Assembly (NCBI GenBank): GCA_964057225.1
Contig: CAXKVF010000079.1
Span: 496,001 to 560,000, forward strand
DNA: 64,000 bases
Source of the DNA: Auanema rhodensis
Lineage: Eukaryota; Animalia; Nematoda
Reading direction: 5' to 3'
The notes beneath the pieces were generated by a model. That model searched no databases. It saw nothing but the letters and a program-made list of their open reading frames with translations, and was not told where the DNA came from. A program made the position numbers and the translations under genes. Below, in pieces: positions 11,670-25,289 of this stretch; position 1 is the first letter of the stretch, and each line of letters begins with the position of its first letter.

Positions 11670-14600
11670 GAAATTTACGTGAACTTTAATTTATGCTAAT
11701 TAAATGTACACGTGATGTGCACTTGGTATGTAACTCGCTTCACGTGAAAGATAAAGAGATGCGGTTTTCAAAATTAGATTCCCCATGTCCATATTAGTCT
11801 AAAAACAAATTTTTATTGATATTGGTGCATGGTAACCATGACTTTGAAATTTACGTGAACTTTAATTTATGCTAATTAAATGTACACGTGATGTGCACTT
11901 GGTATGTAACTCGCTTCACGTGAAAGATAAAGAGATGCGGTTTTCAAAATTAGATTCCCCATGTCCATATTAGTCTAAAAACAAATTTTTATTGATATTG
12001 GTGCATGGTAACCATGACTTTGAAATTTACGTGAACTTTAATTTATGCTAATTAAATGTACACTTGATGTGCACTTGGTATGTAACTCGCTTCACGTGAA
12101 AGATAAAGAGATGCGGTTTTCAAAATTAGATTCCCCATGTCCATATTAGTCTAAAAACAAATTTTTATTGATATTGGTGCATGGTAACCATGACTTTGAA
12201 ATTTACGTGAACTTTAATTTATGCTAATTAAATGTACACGTGATGTGCACTTGGTATGTAACTCGCTTCACGTGAAAGATAAAGAGATGCGGTTTTCAAA
12301 ATTAGATTCCCCATGTCCATATTAGTCTAAAACAAATTTTTATTGATATTGGTGCATGGTAACCATGACTTTGAAATTTACGTGAACTTTAATTTATGCT
12401 AATTAAATGTACACGTGATGTGCACTTGGTATGTAACTCGCTTCACGTGAAAGATAAAGAGATGCGGTTTTCAAAATTAGATTCCCCATGTCCATATTAG
12501 TCTAAAAACAAATTTTTATTGATATTGGTGCATGGTAACCATGACTTTGAAATTTACGTGAACTTTAATTTATGCTAATTAAATGTACACGTGATGTGCA
12601 CTTGGTATGTAACTCGTTTCACGTGAAAGATAAAGAGATGCGGTTTTCAAAATTAGATTCCCCATGTCCATATTAGTCTAAAAACGAATTTTTATTGATA
12701 TTGGTTCATGGTAACCATGACTTTGAAATTTACGTGAACTTTAATTTATGCTAATTAAATGTACACGTGATGTGCACTTGGTATGTAACTCGCTTCACGT
12801 GAAAGATAAAGAGATGCGGTTTTCAAAATTAGATTCCCCATGTCCATATTAGTCTAAAAACAAATTTTTATTGATATTGGTGCATGGTAATCATGACTTT
12901 GAAATTTACGTGAACTTTAATTTATGCTAATTAAATGTACACGTGATGTGCACTTGGTATGTAACTCGCTTCACGTGAAAGATAAAGAGATGCGGTTTTC
13001 AAAATTAGATTCCCCATGTCCATATTAGTCTAAAAACAAATTTTTATTGATATTGGTGCATGGTAACCATGACTTTGAAATTTACGTGAACTTTAATTTA
13101 TGCTAATTAAATGTACACGTGATGTGCACTTGGTATGTAACTCGCTTCACGTGAAAGATAAAGAGATGCGGTTTTCAAAATATTAGATTCCCCATGTTCA
13201 TATTAGTCTAAAAACAAATTTTTATTGATATTGGTTCATGGTAACCATGACTTTGAAATTTACGTGAACTTTAATTTATGCTAATTAAATGTACACGTGA
13301 TGTGCACTTGGTATGTAACTCGCTTCACGTGAAAGATAAAGAGATGCGGTTTTCAAAATTAGATTCCCCATGTCCATATTAGTCTAAAAACAAATTTTTA
13401 TTGATATTGGTTCATGGTAACCATGACTTTGAAATTTACGTGAACTTTAATTTATGCTAATTAAATGTACACGTGATGTGCACTTGGTATGTAACTTGCT
13501 TCACGTGAAAGATAAAGAGATGCGGTTTCCAAAATTAGATTCCCCATGTCCATATTAGTCTAAAAACAAATTTTTATTGATATTGGTGCATGGTAACCAT
13601 GACTTTGAAATTTACGTGAACTTTAATTTATGCTAATTAAATGTACACGTGATGTGCACTTGGTATGTAACTCGCTTCACGTGAAAGATAAAGAGATGCG
13701 GTTTTCAAAATTAGATTCCCCATGTCCATATTAGTCTAAAAACAAATTTTTATTGATATTGGTTCATGGTAACCATGTCTTTGAAAATTACGTGAACTTT
13801 AATTTATGCTAATTAAATGTACACGTGATGTGCACTTGGTATGTAACTCGCTTCACGTGAAAGATAAAGAGATGCGGTTTTCAAAATTAGATTCCCCATG
13901 TCCATATTAGTCTAAAAATAAATTTTTATTGATATTGGTGCATGGTAACCATGACTTTGAAATTTACGTGAACTTTAATTTATGCTAATTAAATGTACAC
14001 GTGATGTGCACTTGGTATGGAACTCGCTTCACGTGAAAGATAAAGAGATGCGGTTTTCAAAATTAGATTCCCCATGTCCATATTAGTCTAAAAACAAATT
14101 TTTATTGATATTGGTGCATGGTAACCATGACTTTGAAATTTACGTGAACTTTAATTTATGCTAATTAAATGTACACGTGATGTGCACTTGGTATGTAACT
14201 CGCTTCACGTGAAAGATAAAGAGATGCGGTTTTCAAAATTAGATTCCCCATGTTCATATTAGTCTAAAAACAAATTTTTATTGATATTGGTTCATGGTAA
14301 CCATGACTTTGAAATTTGCGTGAACTTTAATTTATGCTATTTAAATGTACACGTGATGTGCACTTGGTATGTAACTCGCTTCACGTGAAAGATAAAGAGA
14401 TGCGGTTTTCAAAATTAGATTCCCCATGTTCATATTAGTCTAAAAACAAATTTTTATTGATATTGGTTCATGGTAACCATGACTTTGAAATTTACGTGAA
14501 CTTTAATTTATGCTAATTAAATATACACGTGATGTGCACTTGGTATGTAACTCGCTTCACGTGAAAGATAAAGAGATGCGGTTTTCAAAATTAGATTCCC

Positions 14601-17600
14601 CATGTCCATATTAGTCTAAAAACAAATTTTTATTGATATTGGTTCATGGTAACCATGACTTTGAAATTTACGTGAACTTTAATTTATGCTAATTAAATGT
14701 ACACGTGATGTGCACTTGGTATGTAACTCGCTTCACGTGAAAGATAAAGAGATGCGGTTTTCAAAATTAGATTCCCCATGGCCATATTGGTCTAAAAACA
14801 AATTTTTATTGATATTGGTTCATGGTAACCATGATTTTGAAATTTACGTGAACTTTAATTTATGCTAATTAAATGTACACGTGATGTGCACTTGGTATGT
14901 AACTCGCTTCACGTGAAAGATAAAGAGATGCGGTTTTCAAAATTAGATTCCCCATGTCCATATTAGTCTAAAAACAAATTTTTATTGATATTGGTGCATG
15001 GTAACCATGACTTTGAAATTTACGTGAACTTTAATTTATGCTAATTAAATGTACACGTGATGTGCACTTGGTATGTAACTCGCTTCACGTGAAAGATAAA
15101 GAGATGCGGTTTTCAAAATTAGATTCCCCATGTTCATATTAGTCTAAAAACAAATTTTTATTGATATTGGTTCATGGTAACCATGACTTTGAAATTTACG
15201 TGAACTTTAATTTATGCTATTTAAATGTACACGTGATGTGCACTTGGTATGTAACTCGCTTCACGTGAAAGATGAAGAGATGCGGTTTTCAAAATTAGAT
15301 TCCCCATGTCCATATTAGTCTAAAAACAAATTTTTATTGATATTAATTCATGATAACCATGATTTTGAAATTTACGTGAACTTTAATTTATGAAATATGA
15401 AAACAAATTTTTATTGATATTAATTCATGATAACCATGATTTTGAAATTTACGTGAACTTTAATTTATGCTATTTAAATGTACACGTGATGTGCACTTGG
15501 TATGTAACTCGCTTCACGTGAAAGATAAAGAGATGCGGTTTTCAAAATTAGATTCCCCATGTTCATATTAGTCTAAAAACAAATTTTTATTGATATTGGT
15601 TCATGGTAACCATGACTTTGAAATTTGCGTGAACTTTAATTTATGCTATTTAAATGTACACGTGATGTGCACTTGGTATGTAACTCGCTTCACGTGAAAG
15701 ATAAAGAGATGCGGTTTTCAAAATTAGATTCCCCATGTTCATATTAGTCTAAAAACAAATTTTTATTGATATTGGTTCATGGTAACCATGACTTTGAAAT
15801 TTACGTGAACTTTAATTTATGCTAATTAAATATACACGTGATGTGCACTTGGTATGTAACTCGCTTCACGTGAAAGATAAAGAGATGCGGTTTTCAAAAT
15901 TAGATTCCCCATGTCCATATTAGTCTAAAAACAAATTTTTATTGATATTGGTTCATGGTAACCATGACTTTGAAATTTACGTGAACTTTAATTTATGCTA
16001 ATTAAATGTACACGTGATGTGCACTTGGTATGTAACTCGCTTCACGTGAAAGATAAAGAGATGCGGTTTTCAAAATTAGATTCCCCATGGCCATATTGGT
16101 CTAAAAACAAATTTTTATTGATATTGGTTCATGGTAACCATGATTTTGAAATTTACGTGAACTTTAATTTATGCTAATTAAATGTACACGTGATGTGCAC
16201 TTGGTATGTAACTCGCTTCACGTGAAAGATAAAGAGATGCGGTTTTCAAAATTAGATTCCCCATGTCCATATTAGTCTAAAAACAAATTTTTATTGATAT
16301 TGGTGCATGGTAACCATGACTTTGAAATTTACGTGAACTTTAATTTATGCTAATTAAATGTACACGTGATGTGCACTTGGTATGTAACTCGCTTCACGTG
16401 AAAGATAAAGAGATGCGGTTTTCAAAATTAGATTCCCCATGTTCATATTAGTCTAAAAACAAATTTTTATTGATATTGGTTCATGGTAACCATGACTTTG
16501 AAATTTACGTGAACTTTAATTTATGCTAATTAAATGTACACGTGATGTGCACTTGGTATGTAACTCGCTTCACGTGAAAGATAAAGAGATGCGGTTTTCA
16601 AAATTAGATTCCCCATGTCCATATTAGTCTAAAAACAAATTTTTATTGATATTGGTGCATGGTAACCATGACTTTGAAATTTACGTGAACTTTAATTTAT
16701 GCTAATTAAATGTACACGTGATGTGCACTTGGTATGTAACTCGCTTCACGTGAAAGATAAAGAGATGCGGTTTTCAAAATTAGATTCCCCATGTCCATAT
16801 TAGTCTAAAAACAAATTTTTATTGATATTGGTGCATGGTAACCATGACTTTGAAATTTAATTTATGCTAATTAAATGTACACTTGATGTGCACTTGGTAT
16901 GTAACTCGCTTCACGTGAAAGATAAAGAGATGCGGTTTTCAAAATTAGATTCCCCATGTCCATATTAGTCTAAAAACAAATTTTTATTGATATTGGTGCA
17001 TGGTAACCATGACTTTGAAATTTACGTGAACTTTAATTTATGCTAATTAAATGTACACGTGATGTGCACTTGGTATGTAACTCGCTTCACGTGAAAGATA
17101 AAGAGATGCGGTTTTCAAAATTAGATTCCCCATGTCCATATTAGTCTAAAACAAATTTTTATTGATATTGGTGCATGGTAACCATGACTTTGAAATTTAC
17201 GTGAACTTTAATTTATGCTAATTAAATGTACACGTGATGTGCACTTGGTATGTAACTCGCTTCACGTGAAAGATAAAGAGATGCGGTTTTCAAAATTAGA
17301 TTCCCCATGTCCATATTAGTCTAAAAACAAATTTTTATTGATATTGGTGCATGGTAACCATGACTTTGAAATTTACGTGAACTTTAATTTATGCTAATTA
17401 AATGTACACGTGATGTGCACTTGGTATGTAACTCGTTTCACGTGAAAGATAAAGAGATGCGGTTTTCAAAATTAGATTCCCCATGTCCATATTAGTCTAA
17501 AAACGAATTTTTATTGATATTGGTTCATGGTAACCATGACTTTGAAATTTACGTGAACTTTAATTTATGCTAATTAAATGTACACGTGATGTGCACTTGG

Positions 17601-19130
17601 TATGTAACTCGCTTCACGTGAAAGATAAAGAGATGCGGTTTTCAAAATTAGATTCCCCATGTCCATATTAGTCTAAAAACAAATTTTTATTGATATTGGT
17701 GCATGGTAATCATGACTTTGAAATTTACGTGAACTTTAATTTATGCTAATTAAATGTACACGTGATGTGCACTTGGTATGTAACTCGCTTCACGTGAAAG
17801 ATAAAGAGATGCGGTTTTCAAAATTAGATTCCCCATGTCCATATTAGTCTAAAAACAAATTTTTATTGATATTGGTGCATGGTAACCATGACTTTGAAAT
17901 TTACGTGAACTTTAATTTATGCTAATTAAATGTACACGTGATGTGCACTTGGTATGTAACTCGCTTCACGTGAAAGATAAAGAGATGCGGTTTTCAAAAT
18001 ATTAGATTCCCCATGTTCATATTAGTCTAAAAACAAATTTTTATTGATATTGGTTCATGGTAACCATGACTTTGAAATTTACGTGAACTTTAATTTATGC
18101 TAATTAAATGTACACGTGATGTGCACTTGGTATGTAACTCGCTTCACGTGAAAGATAAAGAGATGCGGTTTTCAAAATTAGATTCCCCATGTCCATATTA
18201 GTCTAAAAACAAATTTTTATTGATATTGGTTCATGGTAACCATGACTTTGAAATTTACGTGAACTTTAATTTATGCTAATTAAATGTACACGTGATGTGC
18301 ACTTGGTATGTAACTTGCTTCACGTGAAAGATAAAGAGATGCGGTTTCCAAAATTAGATTCCCCATGTCCATATTAGTCTAAAAACAAATTTTTATTGAT
18401 ATTGGTGCATGGTAACCATGACTTTGAAATTTACGTGAACTTTAATTTATGCTAATTAAATGTACACGTGATGTGCACTTGGTATGTAACTCGCTTCACG
18501 TGAAAGATAAAGAGATGCGGTTTTCAAAATTAGATTCCCCATGTCCATATTAGTCTAAAAACAAATTTTTATTGATATTGGTTCATGGTAACCATGTCTT
18601 TGAAAATTACGTGAACTTTAATTTATGCTAATTAAATGTACACGTGATGTGCACTTGGTATGTAACTCGCTTCACGTGAAAGATAAAGAGATGCGGTTTT
18701 CAAAATTAGATTCCCCATGTCCATATTAGTCTAAAAATAAATTTTTATTGATATTGGTGCATGGTAACCATGACTTTGAAATTTACGTGAACTTTAATTT
18801 ATGCTAATTAAATGTACACGTGATGTGCACTTGGTATGTAACTCGCTTCACGTGAAAGATAAAGAGATGCGGTTTTCAAAATTAGATTCCCCATGTCCAT
18901 ATTAGTCTAAAAATAAATTTTTATTGATATTGGTGCATGGTAACCATGACTTTGAAATTTACGTGAACTTTAATTTATGCTAATTAAATGTACACGTGAT
19001 GTGCACTTGGTATGGAACTCGCTTCACGTGAAAGATAAAGAGATGCGGTTTTCAAAATTAGATTCCCCATGTCCATATTAGTCTAAAAACAAATTTTTAT
19101 TGATATTGGTGCATGGTAACCATGACTTTG
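9305..19130. repeat. ~4830-bp tandem block duplication (about 9305-14134 copied at 14135-~19130)
   Basis: Offsets 9856->14686, 11165->15995 and 10537->15367 are all 4830. After an 11-bp deletion at ~16860 the offset is 4819 (12064->16883, 12617->17436). After an extra C137T monomer it is 4995 (14020->19015). Confidence 0.93.
16852..17016. repeat. 165-bp monomer with 11-bp deletion between two TTTA microhomologies
   Basis: Reads GAAATTTAATTTATG instead of GAAATTTACGTGAACTTTAATTTATG; unit starts at 16852 and 17017. Confidence 0.93.
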
Positions 19131-20360
19131 AAATTTACGTGAACTTTAATTTATGCTAATTAAATGTACACGTGATGTGCACTTGGTATGTAACTCGCTT
19201 CACGTGAAAGATAAAGAGATGCGGTTTTCAAAATTAGATTCCCCATGTTCATATTAGTCTAAAAACAAATTTTTATTGATATTGGTTCATGGTAACCATG
19301 ACTTTGAAATTTACGTGAACTTTAATTTATGCTAATTAAATGTACACGTGATGTGCACTTGGTATGTAACTCGCTTCACGTGAAAGATAAAGAGATGCGG
19401 TTTTCAAAATTAGATTCCCCATGTCCATATTAGTCTAAAAACAAATTTTTATTGATATTGGTGCATGGTAACCATGACTTTGAAATTTACGTGAACTTTA
19501 ATTTATGCTAATTAAATGTACACGTGATGTGCACTTGGTATGTAACTCGCTTCACGTGAAAGATAAAGAGATGCGGTTTTCAAAATTAGATTCCCCATGT
19601 CCATATTAGTCTAAAAACAAATTTTTATTGATATTGGTGCATGGTAACCATGACTTTGAAATTTACGTGAACTTTAATTTATGCTAATTAAATGTACACG
19701 TGATGTGCACTTGGTATGTAACTCGCTTCACGTGAAAGATAAAGAGATGCGGTTTTCAAAATTAGATTCCCCATGTCCATATTAGTCTAAAACAAATTTT
19801 TATTGATATTGGTGCATGGTAACCATGACTTTGAAATTTACGTGAACTTTAATTTATGCTAATTAAATGTACACGTGATGTGCACTTGGTATGTAACTCG
19901 CTTCACGTGAAAGATAAAGAGATGCGGTTTTCAAAATTAGATTCCCCATGTTCATATTAGTCTAAAAACAAATTTTTATTGATATTGGTTCATGGTAACC
20001 ATGACTTTGAAATTTACGTGAACTTTAATTTATGCTAATTAAATGTACACGTGATGTGCACTTGGTATGTAACTCGCTTCACGTGAAAGATAAAGAGATG
20101 CGGTTTTCAAAATTAGATTCCCCATGTCCATATTAGTCTAAAAACAAATTTTTATTGATATTGGTGCATGGTAACCATGACTTTGAAATTTACGTGAACT
20201 TTAATTTATGCTAATTAAATGTACACGTGATGTGCACTTGGTATGTAACTCGCTTCACGTGAAAGATAAAGAGATGCGGTTTTCAAAATTAGATTCCCCA
20301 TGTCCATATTAGTCTAAAAACAAATTTTTATTGATATTGGTGCATGGTAACCATGACTTT

Positions 20361-22130
20361 GAAATTTACGTGAACTTTAATTTATGCTAATTAAATGTAC
20401 ACGTGATGTGCACTTGGTATGTAACTCGCTTCACGTGAAAGATAAAGAGATGCGGTTTTCAAAATTAGATTCCCCATGTCCATATTAGTCTAAAACAAAT
20501 TTTTATTGATATTGGTGCATGGTAACCATGACTTTGAAATTTACGTGAACTTTAATTTATGCTAATTAAATGTACACGTGATGTGCACTTGGTATGTAAC
20601 TCGCTTCACGTGAAAGATAAAGAGATGCGGTTTTCAAAATTAGATTCCCCATGTCCATATTAGTCTAAAAACAAATTTTTATTGATATTGGTGCATGGTA
20701 ACCATGACTTTGAAATTTACGTGAACTTTAATTTATGCTAATTAAATGTACACGTGATGTGCACTTGGTATGTAACTCGTTTCACGTGAAAGATAAAGAG
20801 ATGCGGTTTTCAAAATTAGATTCCCCATGTCCATATTAGTCTAAAAACGAATTTTTATTGATATTGGTTCATGGTAACCATGACTTTGAAATTTACGTGA
20901 ACTTTAATTTATGCTAATTAAATGTACACGTGATGTGCACTTGGTATGTAACTCGCTTCACGTGAAAGATAAAGAGATGCGGTTTTCAAAATTAGATTCC
21001 CCATGTCCATATTAGTCTAAAAACAAATTTTTATTGATATTGGTGCATGGTAATCATGACTTTGAAATTTACGTGAACTTTAATTTATGCTAATTAAATG
21101 TACACGTGATGTGCACTTGGTATGTAACTCGCTTCACGTGAAAGATAAAGAGATGCGGTTTTCAAAATTAGATTCCCCATGTCCATATTAGTCTAAAAAC
21201 AAATTTTTATTGATATTGGTGCATGGTAACCATGACTTTGAAATTTACGTGAACTTTAATTTATGCTAATTAAATGTACACGTGATGTGCACTTGGTATG
21301 TAACTCGCTTCACGTGAAAGATAAAGAGATGCGGTTTTCAAAATATTAGATTCCCCATGTTCATATTAGTCTAAAAACAAATTTTTATTGATATTGGTTC
21401 ATGGTAACCATGACTTTGAAATTTACGTGAACTTTAATTTATGCTAATTAAATGTACACGTGATGTGCACTTGGTATGTAACTCGCTTCACGTGAAAGAT
21501 AAAGAGATGCGGTTTTCAAAATTAGATTCCCCATGTCCATATTAGTCTAAAAACAAATTTTTATTGATATTGGTTCATGGTAACCATGACTTTGAAATTT
21601 ACGTGAACTTTAATTTATGCTAATTAAATGTACACGTGATGTGCACTTGGTATGTAACTTGCTTCACGTGAAAGATAAAGAGATGCGGTTTCCAAAATTA
21701 GATTCCCCATGTCCATATTAGTCTAAAAACAAATTTTTATTGATATTGGTGCATGGTAACCATGACTTTGAAATTTACGTGAACTTTAATTTATGCTAAT
21801 TAAATGTACACGTGATGTGCACTTGGTATGTAACTCGCTTCACGTGAAAGATAAAGAGATGCGGTTTTCAAAATTAGATTCCCCATGTCCATATTAGTCT
21901 AAAAACAAATTTTTATTGATATTGGTTCATGGTAACCATGTCTTTGAAAATTACGTGAACTTTAATTTATGCTAATTAAATGTACACGTGATGTGCACTT
22001 GGTATGTAACTCGCTTCACGTGAAAGATAAAGAGATGCGGTTTTCAAAATTAGATTCCCCATGTCCATATTAGTCTAAAAATAAATTTTTATTGATATTG
22101 GTGCATGGTAACCATGACTTTGAAATTTAC
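20361..22130. repeat. Third copy of the ~10-monomer block first seen at 12198-13960
   Basis: Same ordered markers: 175-bp unit, C69T+A138G (12617/17436/20780), C167T, TA insertion, C67T+T99C, A172T+T5A, C137T. Offset is 8163 from the first copy. Confidence 0.9.
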
Positions 22131-25100
22131 GTGAACTTTAATTTATGCTAATTAAATGTACACGTGATGTGCACTTGGTATGTAACTCGCTTCACGTGAA
22201 AGATAAAGAGATGCGGTTTTCAAAATTAGATTCCCCATGTCCATATTAGTCTAAAAACAAATTTTTATTGATATTGGTGCATGGTAACCATGACTTTGAA
22301 ATTTACGTGAACTTTAATTTATGCTAATTAAATGTACACGTGATGTGCACTTGGTATGTAACTCGCTTCACGTGAAAGATAAAGAGATGCGGTTTTCAAA
22401 ATTAGATTCCCCATGTCCATATTAGTCTAAAAACAAATTTTTATTGATATTGGTGCATGGTAATCATGACTTTGAAATTTACGTGAACTTTAATTTATGC
22501 TAATTAAATGTACACGTGATGTGCACTTGGTATGTAACTCGCTTCACGTGAAAGATAAAGAGATGCGGTTTTCAAAATTAGATTCCCCATGTCCATATTA
22601 GTCTAAAAACAAATTTTTATTGATATTGGTGCATGGTAACCATGACTTTGAAATTTACGTGAACTTTAATTTATGCTAATTAAATGTACACGTGATGTGC
22701 ACTTGGTATGTAACTCGCTTCACGTGAAAGATAAAGAGATGCGGTTTTCAAAATTAGATTCCCCATGTCCATATTAGTCTAAAAACAAATTTTTATTGAT
22801 ATTGGTGCATGGTAACCATGACTTTGAAATTTACGTGAACTTTAATTTATGCTAATTAAATGTACACGTGATGTGCACTTGGTATGTAACTCGCTTCACG
22901 TGAAAGATAAAGAGATGCGGTTCTCAAAATTAGATTCCCCATGTCCATATTAGTCTAAAAACAAATTTTTATTGATATTGGTGCATGGTAACCATGACTT
23001 TGAAATTTACGTGAACTTTAATTCATGCTAATTAAATGTACACGTGATGTGCACTTGGTATGTAACTCGCTTCACGTGAAAGATAAAGAGATGCGGTTTT
23101 CAAAATTAGATTCCCCATGTCCATATTAGTCTAAAAACAAATTTTTATTGATATTGGTGCATGGTAACCATGACTTTGAAATTTACGTGAACTTTAATTT
23201 ATGCTAATTAAATGTACACGTGATGTGCACTTGGTATGTAACTCGCTTCACGTGAAAGATAAAGAGATGCGGTTTTCAAAATTAGATTCCCCATGTCCAT
23301 ATTAGTCTAAAACAAATTTTTATTGATATTGGTGCATGGTAACCATGACTTTGAAATTTACGTGAACTTTAATTTATGCTAATTAAATGTACACGTGATG
23401 TGCACTTGGTATGTAACTCGCTTCACGTGAAAGATAAAGAGATGCGGTTTTCAAAAATAGATTCCCCATGTCCATATTAGTCTAAAAACAAATTTTTATT
23501 GATATTGGTTCATGGTAACCATGACTTTGAAATTTACGTGAACTTTAATTTATGCTAATTAAATGTACACGTGATGTGCACTTGGTATGTAACTCGCTTC
23601 ACGTGAAAGATAAAGAGATGCGGTTTTCAAAATTAGATTCCCCATGTCCATATTAGTCTAAAAACAAATTTTTATTGATATTGGTGCATGGTAACCATGA
23701 CTTTGAAATTTACGTGAACTTTAATTTATGCTAATTAAATGTACACGTGATGTGCACTTGGTATGTAACTCGCTTCACGTGAAAGATAAAGAGATGCGGT
23801 TTTCAAAATTAGATTCCCCATGTCCATATTAGTCTAAAACAAATTTTTATTGATATTGGTGCATGGTAACCATGACTTTGAAATTTACGTGAACTTTAAT
23901 TTATGCTAATTAAATGTACACGTGATGTGCACTTGGTATGTAACTCGCTTCACGTGAAAGATAAAGAGATGCGGTTTTCAAAATTAGATTCCCCATGTCC
24001 ATATTAGTCTAAAAACAAATTTTTATTGATATTGGTTCATGGTAACCATGACTTTGAAATTTACGTGAACTTTAATTTATGCTAATTAAATGTACACGTG
24101 ATGTGCACTTGGTATGTAACTCGCTTCACGTGAAAGATAAAGAGATGCGGTTTTCAAAATTAGATTCCCCATGTCCATATTGGTCTAAAAACAAATTTTT
24201 ATTGATATTGGTTCATGGTAACCATGATTTTGAAATTTACGTGAACTTTAATTTATGCTAATTAAATGTACACGTGATGTGCACTTGGTATGTAACTCGC
24301 TTCACGTGAAAGATAAAGAGATGCGGTTTTCAAAATTAGATTCCCCATGTCCATATTAGTCTAAAAACAAATTTTTATTGATATTGGTGCATGGTAACCA
24401 TGACTTTGAAATTTACGTGAACTTTAATTTATGCTAATTAAATGTACACGTGATGTGCACTTGGTATGTAACTCGCTTCACGTGAAAGATAAAGAGATGC
24501 GGTTTTCAAAATTAGATTCCCCATGTTCATATTAGTCTAAAAACAAATTTTTATTGATATTGGTTCATGGTAACCATGACTTTGAAATTTACGTGAACTT
24601 TAATTTATGCTAATTAAATGTACACGTGATGTGCACTTGGTATGTAACTCGCTTCACGTGAAAGATAAAGAGATGCGGTTTTCAAAATTAGATTCCCCAT
24701 GTCCATATTAGTCTAAAAACAAATTTTTATTGATATTGGTGCATGGTAACCATGACTTTGAAATTTACGTGAACTTTAATTTATGCTAATTAAATGTACA
24801 CGTGATGTGCACTTGGTATGTAACTCGCTTCACGTGAAAGATAAAGAGATGCGGTTTTCAAAATATTAGATTCCCCATGTTCATATTAGTCTAAAAACAA
24901 ATTTTTATTGATATTGGTTCATGGTAACCATGACTTTGAAATTTACGTGAACTTTAATTTATGCTAATTAAATGTACACGTGATGTGCACTTGGTATGTA
25001 ACTCGCTTCACGTGAAAGATAAAGAGATGAGGTTTTCAAAATTAGATTCCCCATGTCCATATTAGTCTAAAAACAAATTTTTATTGATATTGGTGCATGG

Positions 25101-25289
25101 TAACCATGACTTTGAAATTTACGTGAACTTTAATTTATGCTAATTAAATGTACACGTGATGTGCACTTGGTATGTAACTCGCTTCACGTGAAAGATAAAG
25201 AGATGCGGTTTTCAAAATTAGATTTCCCATGTCCATATTAGTCTAAACACAAATTTTTATTGATATTGGTTCATGGTAACCATGACTTT

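Noticed and set aside
9856-24261. Five near-identical 60-aa ORFs (9856, 11165, 14686, 15995, 24079)
   Set aside because: They arise only where A127G turns the in-frame TAG (monomer 126-128) into TGG. They span one satellite unit and end at the next unit's TAA. Their copies follow the 1309/4830-bp duplications. There is no recognisable domain or gene context, and 176 is not a multiple of 3.
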